A stretch of DNA of 28,843 nt from the NCBI GenBank assembly GCA_002269645.1, contig NIVC01002671.1:1-28843 (forward strand). The letters run 5' to 3'. The notes beneath the pieces were generated by a model. The model was not told where the DNA came from. It saw only the letters and a program-made list of their open reading frames with translations, and did no database searches. Made by a program: the position numbers and the translations under genes. Within the stretch, counting starts at the first letter, position 1. Every line of letters begins with the position of its first letter. The DNA comes from Macrostomum lignano. Taxonomy: Eukaryota. Below are positions 21,723 to 28,843 of this stretch, in pieces.

Positions 21723-22449
21723 GGTTAGCTGTTTTTAGAAAACAGGCTGGTTACTGTGACTGTTGCTCTTGTTCAGGCCACGATCGAGACTTACTTTTCT
21801 AACCCAGGCAGCCCTTTTATCTGTGCCAACTGAAATGATATGTAAGCTGCAGAAGCATGTTGGTAGAGATCAAAGCGCCTAGCTTGTACGCATGCAAATG
21901 AAAACCTTGTGACGTGCATTATTGTACAGTATCTGACCAGTTTTGCTTTGAATCGCTTGGCTTATATTTTGTATATTTGCATGAATTCAACTTCAAAAAT
22001 ATTTCAATTTTGAGGTAAACTTGATCATTGATTTATAATCATGACTCTTCTTTGTTTTTCATACAATGTACCATGATCTCTATATGCACGTACATACTCA
22101 CTGCTCACTGCAACAAAAAATGATTAAAAAAGCGAAAGCAACACCGAATCGATAAAGTACGTGTAAGCTGGGGGGTACATATAAACTCTTGATTTTACAT
22201 GTATTCAATATACAATTTTTTCGATATCGTAATGCATGTAAGGTCTAATGAGGCCAAATAAAAGTATACTAATCAGATGCTTTGTTAAATGCTACATGTT
22301 CATTTTTCGATTTTCATAGGTTACATGTATAAAAATATGCCCACAGATTTTTTCAAACCCACATGCGCTTCACAGGAAGTCTTAATTCCTTTTTTGGGAT
22401 ACAATCAAAGTTTCAAGATATCTGTACACATCTATTATACATTCTACTC

Positions 22450-22610
22450 CAGTATTACACCAGGGGGACAGGGGGGCATGTCCCCCTCCCAGTAAAACCT
22501 CTGGGGGCATGCCAATGCTTTGCCCCCACCCCCACCTTGTGACCCCACCATGTACATGTTGAACTCTTGGCTTTGTCCCCCCACCATAAAATCCATGGCG
22601 ACGGCCCCTG
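22450..22610. mobile_element. Degenerate hAT-like MITE (CAG...CTG termini, G/C-run subterminal motifs)
   Basis: Starts CAGTATTACACCAGGGGGACAGGGGGGCA and ends TGGCGACGGCCCCTG. GC-rich island in AT-rich DNA, related to 3405-3457. No 8-bp TSD seen. Confidence 0.5.
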
Positions 22611-24234
22611 GTATTGCACAATAAAAATCCGCCATTTTTTGGTTCGCAAGCAATTTCATGTACATGTAGTAATAAGCTATAAACTGAAAGTTGATACCGA
22701 TCAAAATAGAATCGGAGAGTTCTGATAGTATGCATCACATACGTACGTGGCTAAAAGTATAGATGCACTGCAGTATATCATGCAAAATGCAGCATATACA
22801 TGTATGTTCTAGGTTTGAACTTTTGACAGTATATCAGTTTAGATGAGTTTGTTACAGGACCCGAGTCAAAGAAAGTATATTCTATTTTACGTCATGTAAA
22901 ATGCATGTATTCAACTTAACGTTATTCTGAATTGAGAAGAAGACGCAATGTAGCTCGAAGTAATTGTTGAAAAACTATAAATTTTAATTTTTAGAACTTT
23001 AAATTTTCGAAATAACTTAACTAACATGATAAAATATTGAAAATTTCCACATTTCTTTCGTTTCATTAATATGCAATTAGACGGATTGGATGGACTGTAG
23101 TATATTAAAACAATTTTTACTAGCTCCATTCAAGTGAAGCAAAGAAATTTCTATTTACAAGAAAAAATTTAAAATAAAAAAATGCACCCTTATTTCCTAA
23201 AATCCACTAAGTTTTTAATCTTTATCAATTGCATGGCAGTTTTTCTCACGGCGTCCTCCCACCATTTCAGCTTCAAGAAAAATCTATATTAAATTTCGTT
23301 TGCTTTTTCATGTTACTGTTTTTTAGAGATACTCCGCATTTGTATTCGATATTATCAGACAAATAAGTGGATTATCTGGCTGTCGAACTTTTACTTGGAT
23401 ATTGAAACTATCCCCTCGGTTTTTTAACACTGAAGGTTGTGGCTCATATTTATTGTGCGCTTCAAAACTTGTATCTTTTCCTATGGTTTCTGTGCTCATT
23501 AGCTGCAGCTTATATACTTAATAACATTTAAAGAACAGAATGCATACAACGAGACTACGAGAGTAATTGATGCTATAGTAGCAAGTTTTAATTTTAATAT
23601 TTCTTATTGTTTTTTTGCTATCAAACAGTTTTGACTGGTTAGTGACAGCGACAAAAAACGAATAATTTTAACTAAAAAATGCTTGTAGCTTTTGGTTGTA
23701 GGTACGAATTGGATTAAAAATTAACTGCAATGTATTCAATAAAAATAGATAAGCCGATGCTTTATAAGATTGTCAAATAAAGCACTGCATGAATAAATGC
23801 TACTAATGCACACTAATTTCTATTTTTATTGTCTAAAAATTTAATCAAATTTTTCAAAAATTTTGTAATTTGTATAACTTTAATTATAGTTATATAATTC
23901 TTTTAAAGAAATAAACATGAAATTTCAATACTCATGTACAAAATGAGTAAAATTTAATTAAATGTAGCAATAATAATATGTTACTAGCTTAAAGTAGGTA
24001 AATGCGCTTGTATATTTTTTTTTAATTATACCAAATTACAAGCTGAGCTAAAATAGTCTTTTTGTGAGAACTCAGCCGAAATAATTCATCTTAAACCGTT
24101 TTTGTCCTTCTAAACGAGTGAAAAATTTATGAGGTTTAAAGCCAAATATTCTCACTCACTTGTGTGGCTAAATTTCAGATCAAATAAATTTTATTCGAAA
24201 AAAAGTTGCAACAATGCAATTGTAATGTCTGCAG

Positions 24235-27200
24235 TGAAGCTAATAAACTTTGAACATTTCTACAATGAGCTGGAGGTGCAGGAGCAGATCCCGCTTAGAA
24301 AGCTGTTGGTGAGTTTGTACGATTTGATTGGCTCTTTATGTTTGAATGGATGCGGTCAAAGCCTTGTTTTAGCGCAGCGAGTACTATATTTAGAATACTT
24401 ATTTAACATGTATTGCATATTGTATTGCATATTGACAAGGCTTCCTCTAATAATATTTTGGCATTATACCTTCACGCGTGATTATAAAAGCATGCGCACG
24501 CAGTCAATCCGCAGAAGTGATTACGGTAGACTCGCCTGACTGGCTTGATTGCAGAATTTGCTTCTATGAATCAAATTGTACTACTAGAAGTAGTATTGCA
24601 CTTATCGCTGTAGCATTACAAACGATATGAAGGTTAAATAAAGATATATTGAATATAAGATCAGATGGTAAAATTAACGATACAGTTTTCACAATAGCAA
24701 AGATCCTTGGCGTGGATTCTTAAAAGTTTGCTGGTAATAAACAGGATTGGTACCATAAACCTGCATGGTACATCAAACCAGCCATAGACAGTCTACCTGG
24801 TACAATATCGATGCCACAGACCGTCCAACTTACAATATCAATGTCACAGATAGTCAAACTAGTACAATATCAATTTCATAGGCATTCTAACTTGTACAAT
24901 ATCAATGTCGTTGACAGTCCAACTGGTACAATATCAATTTCATGGACAGTCCAACTGGTAACAATATCGATGCCATAGACAGTCCAACTGGTACAATATC
25001 GATGTCATAGACAGTCCAACTGGTACAATATCGATGTCATAGACAGTCCAACTGGTACAATATATCAATGCCATAGACAGTCCAACTGGTACAATATATC
25101 GAGGTCATAGACAGTCCAACTGTTACAATAATGACGTCATAAAAAGTCTAACGGGTATAATAAATGTGCCGTGGACATGCTACATTAACGATCCATAAAA
25201 CCGCCTTACGCAGGCAAAACTACCAACTTGGTTCGGCGAGAAAGGCGTAGAGTTTCACCTTGATTTTGACGGCATAGAACAGCTAACTGATGAGGTGTTT
25301 CACCTGCTGGAAACATCCGTGCCATACGAGGCCAGAGTCCGAGTTGCTCGAGTCTCCTGCGCTGGTTGCCGGCACCTTCGGGATGACGGCATGGCTCACC
25401 TGGCCCGCGCGTTCCCCCGCCTTCAGCAGCTTAACCTTGACGGCTGCCGGCTGCTCACTGAAAGAAGTCTGCATTACCTGGGAAAGCACTGTCGAGACCT
25501 GAAGTCTGTCAGCATGCTGGGCACCGGACTGACACACTGCGGCTCCAGGCAGCTCGGTTTTCAAGTTCTGAGCGATCCGGCGTGTCAGTTTATTGACGGT
25601 GAGTGCCATTGCTTAAGAGCTACTTAACATGAGCAGCAAAAGTGCATGTAGGACGCTGCTACACTCGCAAGTCGAGCTATAAGTTCCAATTAGGAGGTCG
25701 GTTTCGGTAGACTTACACTGTAATAGCTAGACAAAGTGAGGAGAAATCAAATTTGTGCCCGAGGACAACAGGTCATTTAGGGTGGGCTCAAGCAGGACTC
25801 CAGTCCCGAATGATTGTTTCCCAGCTGTTGTGTTAAACATTTGGGCCATGGACTGACAGGTAGCTTTTATAACGGGCTCTGCACGAAAAAATCGACTATT
25901 AACTAGAATATATGCATAGGGAAAAGTTCTCTTAGAATTTTTGCTGCTGTGCCTGTTGTAACTGGGCATCGGATCAAATGTAGCTGCCCTTGGTAACGTG
26001 CATCATATCAGATTACTTATAGAGTTGGGACTATCTATGGAGAGCATTGATCAGACAGGAAAATGTTATGTTGTTTGTAAACGAACATGATGATGTCAGT
26101 TTACTTTGTTAGTTCGCAGTGGGGGCTTTGGGAACTGCCGAAAATCAAGGCGAAATTTGACTACTTTTTTTACCAAGAACCCACTTGCTGTCCCCCACAC
26201 GCCAGGACCGGTGTCCACCACCGCTCGCCTACCAGTGAAGCTGGCCATCATCTGCGACCCGGCCGTAACCGTCAGCATTGGCGCCCTGGCTCTACCAGGC
26301 GCGGTGGGCGGAGCTCAGCCATCTTCCAGCTCCAAGTCGAGGCCGTCGTCCTCAAAATCGGCGGTAACGTCGTCTGTGCAGCCCCCGCCGACTTTTCAAG
26401 CGCTCTCAGCCACTGTTGGCGACCTGGACCTGACTGTGTTCGAGATGCGCGCAGACCTAGTAAATGCACTGGTCAAGTGAAAGGAGTGATAAACTGGGTG
26501 AAGTGAATTCAAGCGTGTTTTGATAGCCTTGCGTGTGCCGATCCCACGAGCAAGCACGGACTGGGGGGGGGGGGTCGCCACACACACACCCCCTCGATTA
26601 CCCCAGCTAATGCTGGCACACATTTTACAGCTGGGTGAACTGAAGAAATGCAGAGTTAAGTGTCAAAACCTAATTCAAAACCTTGTCAAATCTATGAATT
26701 TGTTTAAATAGTTTAGCCTGTGCTTGACCATAGGCATCGCAGATGAGGACGATTTTCAAATGTTTAGAATAGTACTTAGTCCCCAATTACTTTTCGCCAA
26801 ACCCCTTGCTCAGGTGTACAGCTCGCTGTTCATGTCCAACACAGCCGGTTTCGTGCTGGTAGTGGATGCGGAGCGCACAGAGAATCCCCAGCTAGAAATT
26901 ATGCGAATGATTGACGCAGTTCGTGGAGCGGTGAGTCTGACAGATCTGTCCATTTAATGTGCGCTCGTAGGTATTTCACCTTCATTAATCGTCACGCGCC
27001 TCGCCGTCGCAGGTGTTCGAAGCGCCGCTGCTTCTAGTCGCTACGGTGAGCAGCCAGAAAGGGGTTGAGAATGTTGCCTCGCTGAAATCCGACCTGGAAA
27101 ACATGCTCAGGGATCAGGTAGACAACATGAAGGAGCACTTGGAGAAGGAGCACTTAAATAGGTAAGAATAATAGTTTCGTTTTGTGCTCTGAGCAGCCTA

Positions 27201-28843
27201 TCAGATAATCTCTCAGACACGAAATACGCTGCTTCAATCATAACTTCAGTTGCTACGACAAGGACTTTCCGCACCAGTGGCGTTACGTTCAGTCGATTCA
27301 GTGCGCGGATGTGACCCACTTTCCCATCACTTTGGTCGCCGTTCCAGTCGAAGGCTTCAATGAAGACTGGGTGAGCTTCAAATGAAAACTACTTGTATTC
27401 AATAAGACACCTAGGCTCAGAAAGAGACAGATTTTTTAAACCGGAATTTGAATTCAAACATTCTCAGGTATTCGAGACTACACTCCGGGAAGTAAAGGTG
27501 GACTCCAACGTACAAGCTCAAGTGCAGTATTGGGCGGAGCACGATTACGTAAGTTGCTTGTTCGCCATTTGCTTTAGGAATAGACTACTTCAAGTACAGT
27601 ACGGGTACAAGTACTGTAAAACAAATAACAACTGCTTACTTGTTTGTAGATGTTTGCCATTGACGCGTTGGACCGGTGCACCAAGGCGGACTTCATGGAG
27701 GTCAGTGTTAGCTGAATCTGACATGCAATCTGAATCTGAATGCACAGATTATCTTAACAGTTGTAAATGCTTATTCTGTTCTTTCAGTTGCGCTCCCTTT
27801 CGGCTCCGCCGTCCGTCGTAGTGACCACAATGAAGTGCGTTATGCTCATATTCGACATTCCATTCACGGAAGACGACGCCTGGCCAACGGCAAAGAACCT
27901 CGTGTCGGAGACGCGCTTTCTGTTGCGATTCAAGGACACGAATTACATTGTGAGAAACTTGGTGAACTAATCTAAAATTTTCCTGATTCGTCCTTAAGTC
28001 AAACCCAACAAATCCGCTTTCAGACGGAGTCTCTCTCGGGCAGACACGCCAAGCTGTTGGCGGACCTGACCGCCCTTGTTCCAGAGTGGGAGACCTTTGG
28101 AGAAACTGTGAGAGTTGCTTCTTTCTTCTGCGTATTTAATTTATAATTCCTAAAAACAGCGCTCATCTCGCAGGTGAAACGTGGTTCAACATTATCAACT
28201 GCATGTGGCTCTACGTGTACGCGGTGATCAAGTACCTGCTGTTGTGAAGGAGCACGAGCGGGAGCTGAATCCGGCTGGAGCAGCCGCGGCTGAGTCAGCG
28301 GGAATCGAAAAGGAGGTAAAAGTACATTGTGACGTTTAGACTGGCGGGAACTATTGATATTTACTCCACAGCGAATGAGAAATCTATTCTAGGGACTTAT
28401 TACTAACGAGTAGTGCGAAACTAAAATGAGAAACGAATCACAAACAGTAATTCGTTTCAGCAGTCTAACATAACAAAGTTCGTTCCTTGTTTCACTTGCA
28501 TGTAGAATTTAGAGGCTCAGGTGTCAGCATGAGCGTCACTGCTTACCCCTCTTTACTGCTGCGGGTGAACTGTAGCCTTGATGTGCAATTTGCGATTTCC
28601 ACTTCCCTCCTCACCTGTCTACCTCAGAGCAATCGTCTGGCGCGTCACGTGACCCAACTGGCCAGAACAGCCGCCGAGTCGCTGCAGCTGTGGGAGACGC
28701 GTCGCCTCACCGAGTCCAACTGGCAACTGGCTGATCGGCTGAGCGACTTTCTGGCTGCTCAGCAGTCGCAACAACAGCAGCAGCAGTCGTGGCGGCGAAT
28801 CTTCCCACTGAATGTGCTGATGTCTGAGCTGGGCCTGCCGCAG
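24235..28843 (+). CDS. ROCO-like protein (partial, 3' end outside window): RNI-like LRRs, degenerate Roc, dynein MTBD-like insert, COR-like region
   Basis: Phase-compatible GT-AG exons: 24235-24308, 25214-25598 (LDFDGIEQLTDEV; LARAFPRLQQLNLDGCRLLTERSL; CRDLKSVSM), 26113-26459 (KNPL; VKLAIIC; LDLTVFEMRADL), 26814-26930 (VYSSLFMSNTAGFVLVVD), 27013-27161 (APLLLVAT), 27217-27370, 27468-27548, 27650-27700, 27788-27949, 28024-28107, 28174-28315 (needs frameshifts), 28628-end (TESNWQLADRLSDFL...IFPLNVLMSELGL). First exon uncertain, possibly ATGATAT at 21835-21841. Confidence 0.78.
24781..25170. repeat. Degenerate minisatellite, about 12 x 32 bp (GYCATAGACAGTCCAACTGGTACAATATCRAT), intronic in the ROCO-like gene
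   Basis: Units of 30-34 bp; the central copies are most homogeneous and the ends decay. Confidence 0.93.
26497..26664 (-). mobile_element. 5'-truncated CORE-SINE fragment related to 17031-17341, intronic
   Basis: 26558-26664 (GGACTGGGGG...CCCCAGCTAATGC...CATTTTACAGCTGGGTGAACTGAAGAAATGCAGAGTTAAGTGTC) aligns with about 17141-17245. The tail-side sequence differs. Confidence 0.8.

Noticed and set aside
26113-26175. Alternative frame GLWELPKIKAKFDYFF joined to KNPL by an extra T in the T7 run
   Set aside because: It is not phase-compatible with the 25598 donor, and the existing frame already splices openly; left as a possibility only.

Overview
Eukaryotic (invertebrate animal) genomic DNA with spliceosomal GT-AG introns and GC3-rich exons. 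The style resembles free-living flatworms such as Macrostomum, but that is inference only. Four host genes can be reconstructed by eye. (1) GT32/DXD glycosyltransferase A (4047-11073), whose last exon has a near-identical duplicate at 12896-13110. (2) Its diverged tandem paralog B (18026-20661), with the same three intron positions. (3) An orphan 162-aa multi-pass, His-rich membrane protein on the minus strand (21234-21722). (4) A multi-exon gene running off the right edge (24235->28843) that reads as RNI-like LRRs, a degenerate Roc domain with no P-loop, an inserted dynein-type microtubule-binding domain (MTBD), and then COR-like sequence; this is the most unusual feature in the window. Mobile DNA includes the right part of a Harbinger transposon with a frameshifted Myb/SANT gene nested against a second Harbinger end, a 1.3-kb non-autonomous LTR element (tRNA-Glu PBS, PPT, GACCC TSD), a Crypton tyrosine-recombinase fragment, tRNA-CORE SINEs, a nested fold-back/MITE structure and hAT-like MITE remnants. 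Three unrelated minisatellites (39, 23 and 32 bp units) all share a GTCTATG(G) core, which also occurs at the fold-back and just downstream of the Crypton fragment. All domain calls are motif recognition by eye; no searches were run.
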